Assembly (NCBI GenBank): GCA_013239625.1
Contig: MU053934.1
Location: 11,999,413 to 12,063,412, forward strand
Direction of reading: 5' to 3'
Origin: Lama guanicoe
Taxonomy: Eukaryota
DNA: 64,000 bases
The translations under genes and the position numbers were made by a program. A model generated the notes under the pieces. It searched no databases. It was not told the DNA's origin and worked only from the letters and a program-made list of their open reading frames with translations. Shown here piece by piece: positions 13,053 through 24,700 of this stretch; the stretch's first letter is position 1; each line of letters begins with the position of its first letter.

Positions 13053-14798
13053 GTTATGATCATGAACTCCGAAGTCATTTCCACCTTGGAAGATGAAACA
13101 GAACCCGCCGTCGTAAGCTGGTGCCCTCCGTGCCTGAAGGCCGGGGGCTGGGGGGACCTGAACCCTCTGGCCGAGTCAGGGCCTGCTAGCACACGGGCAT
13201 GCCCTCTCCAGGCCCTGGGAGCACGTGCTCTCACCCAGGATGCCTTCTGGGGTCTCCCGGGCTCTTTCCTGCAGCTGCCACAGCTCTCCCCTACAGGGGC
13301 ATTCTGTCACCCACTCTCCTTCTCCCTGGACCCCGTGGCCCTTGGCAGGCCCTCAAGCCCCTTCACAATCCTGCCCCTTACTACCTGGCTCCATTCCACC
13401 ACCCACGCAGGTGTTTCCCCTGCCTCAGGGCCTTTGCACCTGAACACTTTCTGCATGCTCCTTCCGGAGCACCCCAAGCGCCCCATGCCAGCCGCACAGC
13501 CTCTCTTTCTCCCGACTGGTGGCACTCACTACTGTTATGTTTCCCTGCCCAGCCCCACCCCAAAAAAACTAAGGTAAGCGCAGCTGTCTTCCCACACACT
13601 CCATCACGGCTGGGGTCCTCCCCCCCTGCAATGCACCCCTCCTGCACACTAATCCCTTACCAGATCCTGTCCTCTCTGAAGGCCCTCTGCGGCGTCTCCC
13701 GAAGGTGCTATGCTCCTCCCCGTGGACTGTCACCTCACTGCCTCCCAGCAACCCAAGCCGTCTTCTAACACAGCCATCACCAGTTCACCTTCAAGCCCCT
13801 CCCGTGCACGCCAGGAGTGGGCCAAACTCCAGCTAAGTGCCCCCAGATTTGTTCCCCGGCCCTTCTGTGTCCTCACCTTCTCAGCCGGCTGGGTGGTTCC
13901 ACCCTTGAGCCTCCACCTGGGAGGGACCCTGTGGTCCTCTCAGCAGGGGCGCAGGTCTGGAGGGCTGGGAGTCTGGCAGATGCAGCCCTTCCCCTGGCCT
14001 CTCACTGTCCTCCCACCCGGAGCAGGTGGTGCGACCATCACTCCCACTTCTCAAGTGAGGAACAGAGGGCCCTGGAGATCTTAGCAGCACAGAGGGGCCC
14101 CCAGCACACGGGGTGGCCTGTCATGCCGTCAGCTGGGCCACCGGGGTCAGCACACCCGGTGCCGGGGCCCCTGCACCCGCCTGTTTCTGGCCGCCACTCC
14201 CCAGGCTGGCAGCACCAGCACATGGACGTCACCTCCTGCACAGAGACAAGGACCATGTGGTGCCCCTGTGAGGTCCCAGGGCCGGAGGCAGGCTTTCCAG
14301 AAGTGGTTAAGTGCAGGCCTTCGCAGCTCCTCTGCCCTAGCCGGGCCCTGAGCTCCCTCCACCCAGAGAAAAGCCACAATGACATAGTCACACCTCTAGC
14401 ACGGGGGGCTGGAGTTCTCCCGCCTCTGACAGCACAGTGACAGGAACCGGCTCAAAAGTGGAAGCTGCAGAGGCACTTCCTCTTTGCTGGTCCCAGGGAG
14501 GAGGGAGGCCCTGGAGGGCCCATTCTAGGCCCCACCCACCCCAGGAGGCTTGGGAGGGTCTTCCGAGATACCTGGATGGGGGAAGACTTGGGTGGGGGTG
14601 GTATCTGGACTCCCCTCCGCCCTGCCTCCTCAGGCTGGCTTCCTGGGGCAGAGCCAGAAGCAGGGCAGGAGAGGCCCTGGAAAGACGGGTGGGCAGGCTC
14701 CAGAGGGTGGGCGAGTAGGTGTAAGGTCTGTGGCCTTGGGGAGTGGGGGGTCCTCCCCTCATCCCCGTGCCTATCCCCATGGCCCAAGCCTGGGCAAG

Positions 14799-14817
14799 TG
14801 TGTGTGTGTGTGTGTGT
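14799..14817. repeat. (TG)n microsatellite
   Basis: Directly visible dinucleotide run. Confidence 0.9.
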
Positions 14818-15919
14818 CACTCTGCCCCCTTCCGCCCTCTTCCTCCCTCCCGAACTCCAAGTTGCTGTCCTTGCGCCCCTTCCCCTCCCCCAAACCCCAA
14901 GGGCACCCCCACCTGAATTGGCAGCCACAGAGCCCCCGGGAAAACCTTTCCTCTCCAACCCAGTCTGCCCAGTGACCGCTCGTCCTCTGTCGCCCCTGCA
15001 CACTCCTTTCCATCCCACAAACGTCCCAGCTCCTGGGAGGCCTAGGGTGGGGATGGTCAAGCTTGGCCTTGAAGGGCCCCCCCCAGGTGAGGAGGTGGGG
15101 AGGGTCAGTGTTGCAAAATGACTCGAATTCAGTTCAGAGGAGCCTTGTGGAGACTCCTCCCCACTAGGTGACCCCGCTGATGCCTGCGTGGAAGGTGTGG
15201 TCCTTGGAGGGGCTCCCAAATCCCCTGCCCATGTGGGCTCAGACTGAAACCCGAGACCCTTGACAAACTCTCCAGCTCCCTCCTGGCTGGCGCTGCTCTT
15301 TCTTCCAGGAGCCCCGATTCCACACCTACCTTCAAGGGGCCGTCTCTGAACTTTCTCCTGGGGTCACAACGAGGCTTCCCAGACCACGTGAGAACCATCT
15401 CTGCCCCTGTCGCCGTGTGACCTCGGGGAACCCCTCAGCCGCCTCCAGCTTGGGGTCCTCATTGCTGAGGCGAAATATGACTACCTTCTGCATGGGGTGG
15501 GGGGTCACACAGGCGACGGAGACAGCGTGGTGAGGTCCTGGTAGGTGCTCGACACTCCAGGGCCCTCCCTGCAGCCTGACACTCCCTTCCACCTTGGCCC
15601 ACCCGGAGTCCTCCCCACCTGGCCTGCTGGTAGAGCTGCTGAAAGGGTCACTAGATGTCCTCACTCACTGGAACTGTGTATGCTGGTGCCAGTCTCCTGA
15701 TGGGAGAACCCCGTTTCCTGCTCACAGTGCCCCACTGGGCGTTATCTGGCCAGCCCAGGTACAGAACAAAAGCCCCCAGGGGAGGGGTCAGAGCAGGCCC
15801 CTCCTGGCTGGCCTGCAGAAGAGGAAAGGGAGGGAGGGTGGACCTGCTGAGTCCCTCTGGGAAGAGTTGTTGCACAGAGAATCTTGTAGGTCCACACCCC
15901 ATGAGTGCCTGGTTACACT

Positions 15920-16450
15920 GTGGACTCAGTCAAGCCATTCCACCAAGAATTCAGAGTGCCTGCTCTTCTCAGCACTGGGCATAGTACTTTCCTGCACATG
16001 AAGAGAGAGCCCTGTTCTCCTGGAGTGTTCATTCTACCTGGGGAGGCTGAGCAGGAACAAGTAAATGTCAGAGATGAGGCTGGGAGAGGGGCTGAGGGGC
16101 ATGGGGCACTGTATGCAGAGATCAGGGGAGCCTCCAGTGACTTCTGGGCAAAGATCTGAAGAGGTAAGGGGTGAGACAGGCAGATATCTGGGGAAAAGCT
16201 TTCCAGTTAGGGGAAACAGTCAGTGCAAAGGTGGGGTGGGGTGGGGTGGTGTGGGGCTTGGGGGAGCACCGTGTAGCTGGAGCCCAGTCAATGAAGGCGT
16301 GGTCAGCAGGAGGGTAGGGGTGGTAGGAGCCAGGCAGTGTGGCCTGCTCACCATGGTTGTAAGAACGCTGACTTTGGCTCTGAAACAGGGACCGCCTTGA
16401 GGGTGTCAGTGGAGGAATGACCAGCTGGGGGACCAGGTCGGAGGCTGTTT
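15920..16450. mobile_element. L2 relic
   Basis: gatatctggggaaaagctttccagttaggggaaacagtcagtgcaaagg and ctgactttggctctgaaacaggg L2-like motifs. Confidence 0.6.
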
Positions 16451-16462
16451 GTTCATCTAGAG

Positions 16463-16782
16463 CAGGAGTTGGCAGCTTTTTCTGTAAGGGGCTAGACAGC
16501 AAATATTCCTCACTTTGCTGTCACGGGGCCTCCACGCAGCTCCTCCACTGGGCCCGTGCTGTGAAAGCAGCTGTGGGCATGCTGAATGGGCAGGTCTACG
16601 TTCCAGCAGAACTCCATTCAGGACACTGACGTTTGAATTGCACGTATGTTTCACGTCATGAGCTAGTATCTTTACTTTTTCCCAGCCATTGAAAAAGAAC
16701 AAGAAAACATTCTTAGTTGGGGGGCTGAACAGAAATAGGTGGCAGGTAGGTTTTGGACTGTGGCCGTGGTTTGCTGCCCCTG
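16463..16782. mobile_element. MER58-like hAT-Charlie MITE
   Basis: Ends caggagttggcagctttttctgtaagggg ... ggccgtggtttgctgcccctg are imperfect inverted repeats. Confidence 0.75.
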
Positions 16783-17249
16783 AGCTGACAGCAAACATCC
16801 ACCACTGCTCAGTGCCAGGCCCCAGGAGGCGGGCCCTACTGCCACTGAGGGTGATAATAAATTATAGAGTGGGGGGGGGTCCTGAGTCCTCACCCGCCTG
16901 GCTCAGTCACAGAAGTCAGGCCCCTGAGGCTGGAGTACAGCCAGTGGCCAGGGGGTCGCAGAGGCCACAGGGCTGGGGAGCGCAGGGCCCTGGGCAGAAG
17001 ACTGCATGCCCGGCTCACCTTACTGAACTAGGCCAGTAATTGATGAATGAACGGCTCCCTAATCATTACATTAAGACTTACGAAATGAACATATAGTCTG
17101 ATTTTCATACAAAAGAAGCTGTAGTCTAAAGCAAGGTGACAAACGAGGGGCCTTCGGTCTGCAGAATTTCTTTGGCCTGCACAGAAATTTCTATTAGGAA
17201 ACTACACCAAACGTCCGGATGTCTTACATATACCGAAGGAGGCCCGACT

Positions 17250-18730
17250 TCCGTGGGGTCCGCACCTGCTGCCGCTGGGCCTCTACCCGAGTGGCTGCTC
17301 GGAAGCCACCGCCCGCCAGCCCGAGGCCACCCCGGCGCCAGCCTCTGCAGAGAAAGGGTCTCTCTTCCCCCGGCCCCCACGGGGTTAAGCTTTAATCCCT
17401 GTTCTACAGCGAACGAGGGCGCGCGTGGCGGCACCTTATCGCCTTAGACTTAAGGGCTTAAGTGCACCCAGCACCTTGCCCAGAGCCCTCCGGAGCCCTT
17501 GCGCGTCAAGGACACTCAGCGCCGTTTCCAGGTAAGCCAGGCTCGCGGCTCCTGGTGCTCCCCGGCCGGCCAGGCCACCTGCCGGCAGAACCGAGCGCCC
17601 GTGGCGCCGAGCGCTTGGCACCCCGGCAAGTGCGCGGCCGGCCCGCGGCCAGCAGCCGAGACACCGGGAACTCCGCCGTCACCCGCCCCGGCAGCACCTC
17701 CGGACCCCCTAGCAGCTGCGCCGGCCGGACCAGGGGGCGGGGACTGCGCCTGCGCGGTCGGCCCTGCAGGGCTGGGGGTCACAATCAGCGGGCGAAATCA
17801 GCGGCCGAGCTGTTCGGCTGGACCAGAGTGCGGGCGGGGCCGGCGCGCGGGGAGTGCGCCTGCGTGGTCGGCCCGCACCAGCCCCCCCCAGGTCAAGGAG
17901 TGCGCCTGCGTAGTTGGCCCGCAAGGCCCGGGGCGGGACTGCGCCTGCGCGGTCAGCCCGGGTCCGCCCCGTCAGCAGCGTCTCGCCCCCTCAAGCAGCC
18001 GGTCTGGCCTGGCCCCGGGGCGGGCAGGGGCCCGGGAAGTGCGGATGCGCGNNNNNNNNNNNNNNNNNNNNNNNNNNNNNNNNNNNNNNNNNNNNNNNNN
18101 NNNNNNNNNNNNNNNNNNNNNNNNNNNNNNNNNNNNNNNNNNNNNNNNNNNNNNNNNNNNNNNNNNNNNNNNNNNNNNNNNNNNNNNNNNNNNNNNNNNN
18201 NNNNNNNNNNNNNNNNNNNNNNNNNNNNNNNNNNNNNNNNNNNNNNNNNNNNNNNNNNNNNNNNNNNNNNNNNNNNNNNNNNNNNNNNNNNNNNNNNNNN
18301 NNNNCCGACTCGGCCGCCGAGCCTGAGCGCGGGCCGGCCCCGCGACCCCCGCCCCGGCCCCGGCTGACAGCTGGCGCGCGGCGGGCCCCGCCGGGCGAGC
18401 GCAACCGGGCGCGTTTTCCGGGCCGCGGGGCTTGGTGGAGGAAACGCCTGAAGTGGTGCAAAGTTGGTGCGGACCTCTGCCCCCGCCGCAGCCTCGGGGA
18501 CCGGACGGTGCGCGGGCCGCCGAGGCTCGGGGAGGGGCGCCGAGGCAGCAGTGCCCGCGCCCGCGTGCAGTCTGCGGGCTGACCACGCGGGAGCCGGTGC
18601 GCGCGGACGGGCCGGGCGGCCGGAGACGCTGAGAAGACAGGTCCTGGGGTGGGGTCGAGGCCAGGCGGACAGGTGCTCATCGAGCGTCTTTCCTGAAGTC
18701 CTTTGCGCCCCCACCCCGCCCGCCACCGCA
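17250..18730. promoter_or_regulatory. ZBED4: CpG island: probable ZBED4 promoter and non-coding exon 1
   Basis: Very GC- and CpG-dense, with multiple GC boxes (GGGGCGGG) and four TGCGCCTGCG NRF1-like motifs. It is the only such island upstream of the ZBED4 coding exon. Exon 1 probably lies in or next to the N gap. Confidence 0.8.
18052..18304. other. Assembly gap (run of N)
   Basis: 253 consecutive N inside the CpG island. Confidence 1.
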
Positions 18731-21700
18731 GCGAATTCCCTTACAGATGATGTTTTTAGGATTTTTCTCTAGGTACATATTTCGTCTTCAGCGCACTTCC
18801 AGGAAGAGACAGCCAAGGGCCATATGTCTTAAGAAGCACATGAGTTCCTTATTGCTATATGCTTCTGAGGCGTTTTAGTTATTGTGTACGTTTCTGAGTA
18901 TGACCCAGTCAAATTTAATTAGTAAAAATATGAGTCAAATTGCAAAGCATGATTTCAAATGTTTTTCCATTTGTGGTTTTTCTAGACTCAAGTAAAGATG
19001 GAATCGTTTGTGTATCCTCTTTTGTCCTTTTTCTGTGACCCACACCACCCGCATTGCTTAAGAGAATTGCCTGCCCCCTCACTCTGCTTGTGTTTTGGGT
19101 GAGTTTCAGTAAACACATGCGCCTCTCTGGAAGCACGTCCCTGCCTAGCTGAGACATCAGAAGAGGCTTGTTGGCATCCTCATGTTTGTAAAAAAAGAAG
19201 AAAAAAAGGAAAGTTATTTGTTTTGAAATTAACTCTGATCAGATCAAGTCCATAGTTTTAAAAAAATCCACTTCAGACTTTAACAAGGCCAGTTTGCTAA
19301 AGCAGGTGCATCCTTGTAACTTTAAATAGAAATATTAATTTTTGATGCTTTCCCTATACCATGGTGACAAACTTAGGGGACCAGGGAGAATTTGTTTAAA
19401 GTTTTTTAAAAGGGCTCTGAATAAGGCAAATTTCTATTATGAACTAGTTTTCATACAAAGTTATCTTGTAAGAGGAAACTGCTTACAACAGTTTGGCTGT
19501 GCTCTGAGGGTTCCCACTGGGCTGTCCATGCAGGGGTGCACACTTCCTGTAATCCTAAAACATTATGTCTGCTTGTCATGATTTACATTTTCTCAGGAAA
19601 AGATCTAGCACAAGTTAAAAGTGATTCTGCGAATCTTCAAGAAGCTAATCTCCTGTATCGGAAGAAAGCTCAGACTTTTAGGCCACATCACAGGTGATTA
19701 CTTGATGGCACCCCCCGCTGTTCTTGTTAATTCCTGATGTTTTTGGACATGAAAATTCTGCTCTGTTTTTAATGTCACCACACATGACGAGGCTCATGAG
19801 TAACTCAGTCTCTGCGAAGAATGTTCCTGACACATTGTGAAAGGTTTTAAGTAAATTATTAGGGTCATTGATTGAATTCTGTGTGTGCAAAGGCCCTGAT
19901 GCAGTATGTACATAGTGAAGGAAGTGTGTGTCCGTGTTTCAGATCCCCATCCGGCGTAGAACTTGGAGAGTGACCAGGACTGGGAGATGCAGCTGCCCGA
20001 GCGTGACAAGCAGTGATCGTGGTCAGTGCCGTCCTTATCCTCACTTTGTGTTTGAGCTTTTTCTTTTCCTGTTTGCAGCTCCTTTGTTATCTGAGCTCTG
20101 GTCTGCTCTTCCCTCCAGTGTGAGGCCTGCCTTGCGAGGGGAAGGAGGCAGGTGGGTGACTGCTGGGCACAGTGCTGGCGGAGTGAGGAGCCTTGGATGG
20201 TTGGTCAGAGGCCCGTCTGACTCGCCCCCACCAGCATTCCTTCTGAGCTTCTCTGCACAAAACACGCCACTGAGTCAGTTACTGTCGTTCTTGTAATTAC
20301 TATTTGATATTTAAGGCACTATTTAAATTTCAGGACCTGACGTAAGTTATAGGAACCATTGGTCGCACTTATGTTTTGTGTTGCACTGAATTGAGCTACA
20401 TAAAAAAGTCCCAGTTTGCCCCTCAGTGCCCTGCGGACTGGGCTCTGGCCCCCCTTCCGAGCATGGGTTGCGGCACACAACCTCCCCGTCAGCCTCCTTC
20501 CCGCGGCCTGGCCCCCTGCATCCTCATCTTTGCTGCCCTCTCCCTTACCCTCTTGGTCAATGCCTGGCTTTCTCTTCGTTCTGGAGTATTTTAGATCCCT
20601 TCCTCGCTCATTATTTGATGTGCTCTTAGTAGCTGAAATCCTGGAAGGCAGTGTTAGGAATAAAAGTCCTTTGTTCTCATGCCCCTGACTCTGAGGCAGA
20701 GGGACCAGGAGAGGCAGAGGGACCAGGAGAGGCGGAGGTGCCTGACTGAGTGAGGCCCTCGCTCCTCCCTCCTCCCGCTCTGCACTTGGCGCCCTTCTCC
20801 CTGCCGCGGGGAGGACTTCCGTAGTGATGGCCAGGATAACCATACCCTGAGGAAGAACACAGGCAGGCAGGCAGAGGGGCTGGACAGTTTGAGAATTGAG
20901 GTCCAATAGGACATTAAAGGTAGCGGACATTAGAGCCCAGCCATTTAGGGTCTGGGGCGACGGAGTGAAGGCCCTGAGCGGGAAGCTCAGCGCAGTGGAG
21001 AGGCTGGCCCCCCTGCTGGAGCCTGTGTCCCGTGAATCCCCCTCCCCAGCCCTCGGTGAGGCGCACACTCTGCTTGGTTTCTGCCCTCCTTCAGGTTAAG
21101 GTCTTTGAGCAGCTGTGCCCAGCTCCCTCCCGGCATAGTCTGTGTCTGGTAGAAACCACTGATTCCAGGTAGGCCGGGCTGGGGCATCCCCTGCTGGCCC
21201 ACGGGGCATGCTCTGTGTGCTGGCTCCTTGATGAGTGCGGGGAGGGCCCAGCCCTTTGGCCAGGGGCCCTGCGCTCCACCTGCTGGTCCTGCTTCACTGC
21301 TCCACGGATGTCACCTGAGGGGCTGAGCTTTTATCCACAGCCACCGCCAGCTGAACCGCACCTCAGAGGCAGAGCAGTGCCGGGCGCTGTGTGCTGTTGG
21401 AGATGGCCCCGCTTACTCTGTCCCAGGCCGCATTCCACATTCTGGAAGGAAGAGGACACTTTAAAGACCCTCCTAGCAGCTTCCAGCTGCAGTAGCAGTT
21501 TCAGACGTGTCAGGGATCGGGGGAGAAGGTAGGGGCAGGGTGCTGCTGCCTGGTAAAGGGGACCCTCAAAGAGACTGAGCAGAACAACCCAAGTAGCCCT
21601 GATCTGTGACCCAGGACATTTCAGGGGTAAAGCAGGGACCAGCTGACCTTGACGGAGTCTGTTGGCCTGCTCAAGAATGTGCTGTTTCCAGGGTGGCCTG

Positions 21701-24700
21701 ATCACTGTGCCCCCCATCTCATGGAAGTGGCTCTGGTTCTGGGTTTGTGAGGGCTAGCGCTCTGCAGGTGTCCGTCGCTGCCAAGCCCGGCCCAGGGGGC
21801 ACTTTCTGTGTGGGAATGCGGTCAGTCTCACTGGAACTTCTGTCTTTGAGGCCGGTGATGCCGTTACCACCCCTGGAATATGGCAGTGCCTCTCAGATGT
21901 GGACCAGACCTGCTGATGTGGCAGAAGACTGCTGTCCAGGGTGGAGCAACCAGGCGTGCGGCCACGGCCCCCGGGGCGCACGTGGACGCTGAGCGAAGAC
22001 AGAGACGCTTTGGGGCTTGGAAGGCTGCGTTACGGAGGGTTGGAGGGGTGGTCCGTGGCCTCTCCGCACTGCCCCAAGGTGGAGCGCTTGTCACGACGTT
22101 GGGTGACGGCCACCCTCTGCCAGCTGGTGCTTCTGATCGTTTTCTGAGAGGGTCACAGATGTCACTGTGCTTCACCCGAGTGTCCCTTTCTCCAGAGAGA
22201 AGGCGGGGGAGTTCTCTGTAACCAGCAGGACGGCTGTGGGCGAGATGAACAGCAATCCCTCGTAGCTCTCGGGCCACAGAGTCCCGTGTGTTCGTCAGCT
22301 GTTTTCCAGACCAGAACCTGGGTGAGGTCGCTACACTGCTTGTCCCTTTAGTCTCTGCTATTCTGGAGCAAGACCTCCCCTCCCACCGCCCGGGAGAGCC
22401 TGGGCCAGTAGTCTTGCAAACGTCCTGTGTTCTGGATTGTTCGCTGCTTTGTCATTTACAGCTGGCCCTTGAACAAGGCAGCAGGTTGGGGCACCGGCCC
22501 TCCACGGACTCGGGTCGGGCAACGAGCGGCAGTTGCCCCAGTCCTAGCCGCCCTGGGGTGGGCACGGTGCCACGCCGTCCTCCTGGACTGCGCCGCCTCC
22601 CAGCACCCGAGCGTTTTCTGCCCGCGTCTCCCGTTTCCGTGACAGTCTGGGAGGGCAGGACCCACGCTGAGTTCTCTCCCTTTCTCACCGCTTGTCCGGG
22701 GAGCAACTGTAACATCCCCTCCTTGGAGCAGGCGTTTTATTTTTCCTTTTTCTTCTTTGAATGTCAGTGTAGATTTTACTCATTCATTACATCGTAAGCT
22801 GCTCGAGTCTTGTGGTTTGTTTTCGGTGTCCAGATGGTCACGCCTGACCGGCGGGCACGCGGAGCCATGGCAGCACCGGCCAGGGGCACTCCTTCTGGCA
22901 CCTTCCCAGCCTTTCCTGGCCCCGCGCCCTCACGTCCCAGGGCGCTCTGCCCTCTTTCAGCGCAGAAGGGTGGCCGGAGGCCGCAGTTGTGCTCGTCCGC
23001 GGGACGGAGCTGGGACGCACACCGTGTTCGCAGTACAGACTTAAAAATCTGCAGTCTCACTTAACTTCTTTGATTTTTATAATTTGTATCATTTTCTTAC
23101 CTGAAAATTTTGATTCTTCGTGCCGTTGGGTTGTTTCATGCCTAACTACACGTAAAGTAGGTAAGGTTGCAGTGTCGTGTTACTGCTGCTGGCAAGATCA
23201 CTTCGCGGAGTTTAAAGTGGTTGTTTGTCATTAGGTTCTGTTTGTCTTCGGTAAGTATTCTGCTCAGGATGAATAGTTAGGATGAATAAAGTCCTGTGCT
23301 TTAAAGCCCCTTGGCAAACTATTTTGTCTGCAGTTACTTCCCCATTTGATAAACAATTAGGTTTATCTGTTTCTGATTTGGAATTTTTAAAATCTTAATG
23401 TACAAGAGTCACGTGCCTCAAAGTCAAAATGATATAAAAGGTACAGCCAGCGCTCTGCCGCCGTCTCGCTCTCCTGCGAAGCCCGGCGCCCACGCAGGCC
23501 TGCAGCCCCTTGTGCTCTCCCGTCTTTCCTGGGCTGTAGCCAGCGCTGGGCCCGCTGCGCCTGTGTACCTGGCTCTTTTCTTCGGCGGCTTGTGGACGTG
23601 GCAGTCCTGGGCGGGTGTCGGGGCGGGGTTCGGCCCGGCTGTGGGTGCACGTGACTTTGGAAGGTGTTCCCCAGCTCCCCGGCCTTTGGTCTCTGCCAGG
23701 CTGATCCAGCGAGACCTGCTGTCTTGACGTACGTAGCTTCTTGACATGCTTCAACCTGACTGTGAAAAGTGAGTCTATCTGGTGCCTGGCGTGGAGGTGC
23801 TCAGCGAGGGCCGATCTCCCTCATCTCTTGGGGTCCACAGAGTGGGACCACGCCGCAGGGGGCACCAGGCACATGGCTGGCAGGATGTCGTGCTCTGCTT
23901 CTCACTCCGCATCACAGTAGTTTGGAAGGTGTTTCTTTAATTCTTTACATAAAAAATAACAAGTTAGAATACGTCTAAAATTGAGAGTATCCCATGCTCT
24001 TTGTTCTTTCTAGCCCGCGGAAAGGGTCCTCTGACTAGCTGTCTTCACGCTTAGATGTTTTTGTCTTTGAAACTGAAAAACGTAAACTGAGTTCCAGAAG
24101 CTTTAGCTTTGGATCTCTCCTTACTGCCTCTCCTCCTCCTCCCCCTCAGTCTCAAGTCCTAGTTCAGGGCGGCTGCGCACTCTGAGGGTAGCCGTGTTTT
24201 CTTAGCGGCTGTGGTGCTGGTTTTCAGATGGGCCTCCAGGTGTCCAGAGATGGGTGGGGCTGAGGGAGGTGGGCACCCTTCTGCCCCTGGCGGACCAGGT
24301 CCTACGCGCAGCGTGGACACGGGGAGACTGAACAGGTTTGTCCTCGAGGGTTCTGGTCCACTTATGGTCACTGATTGCCCTATTTTATATCCACACTGAT
24401 TGATTTTACCTTTAGACTGGTTTTTATTTGCTGGAGTATCAGAACCGTGGAGTAACTGCTTCTGGGTGCTCGGTCAGTACATAACCCTCATCTTTCAAGG
24501 CCAGAGGGTCATCTCCGGAGTGTTGGGGTAGGTGGCCAAAACCAAACGGTTATTCACACACACATAGTTACCAGAAGTGCCACAGGAATGTAATCCTTTG
24601 CTGGTTTGAAGACGAAAGCTGAAATGCCTTTTGCTTTCATTTCTTAATTGGTGTTAAAATAGTAGAAAAATTATTTTCCCTACTAGCAGGCTGCTAGTGC

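Noticed and set aside
13005..15700. Cluster of 150-255 aa ORFs upstream of the ZBED4 island
   Set aside because: Overlapping P/G/S-rich ORFs in all frames of GC-rich DNA, with no recognisable homology or consistent exon structure.
17462..18726. 200-300 aa ORFs across the ZBED4 CpG island
   Set aside because: Stop-codon scarcity in GC-rich DNA and translation through the N gap; no protein features.
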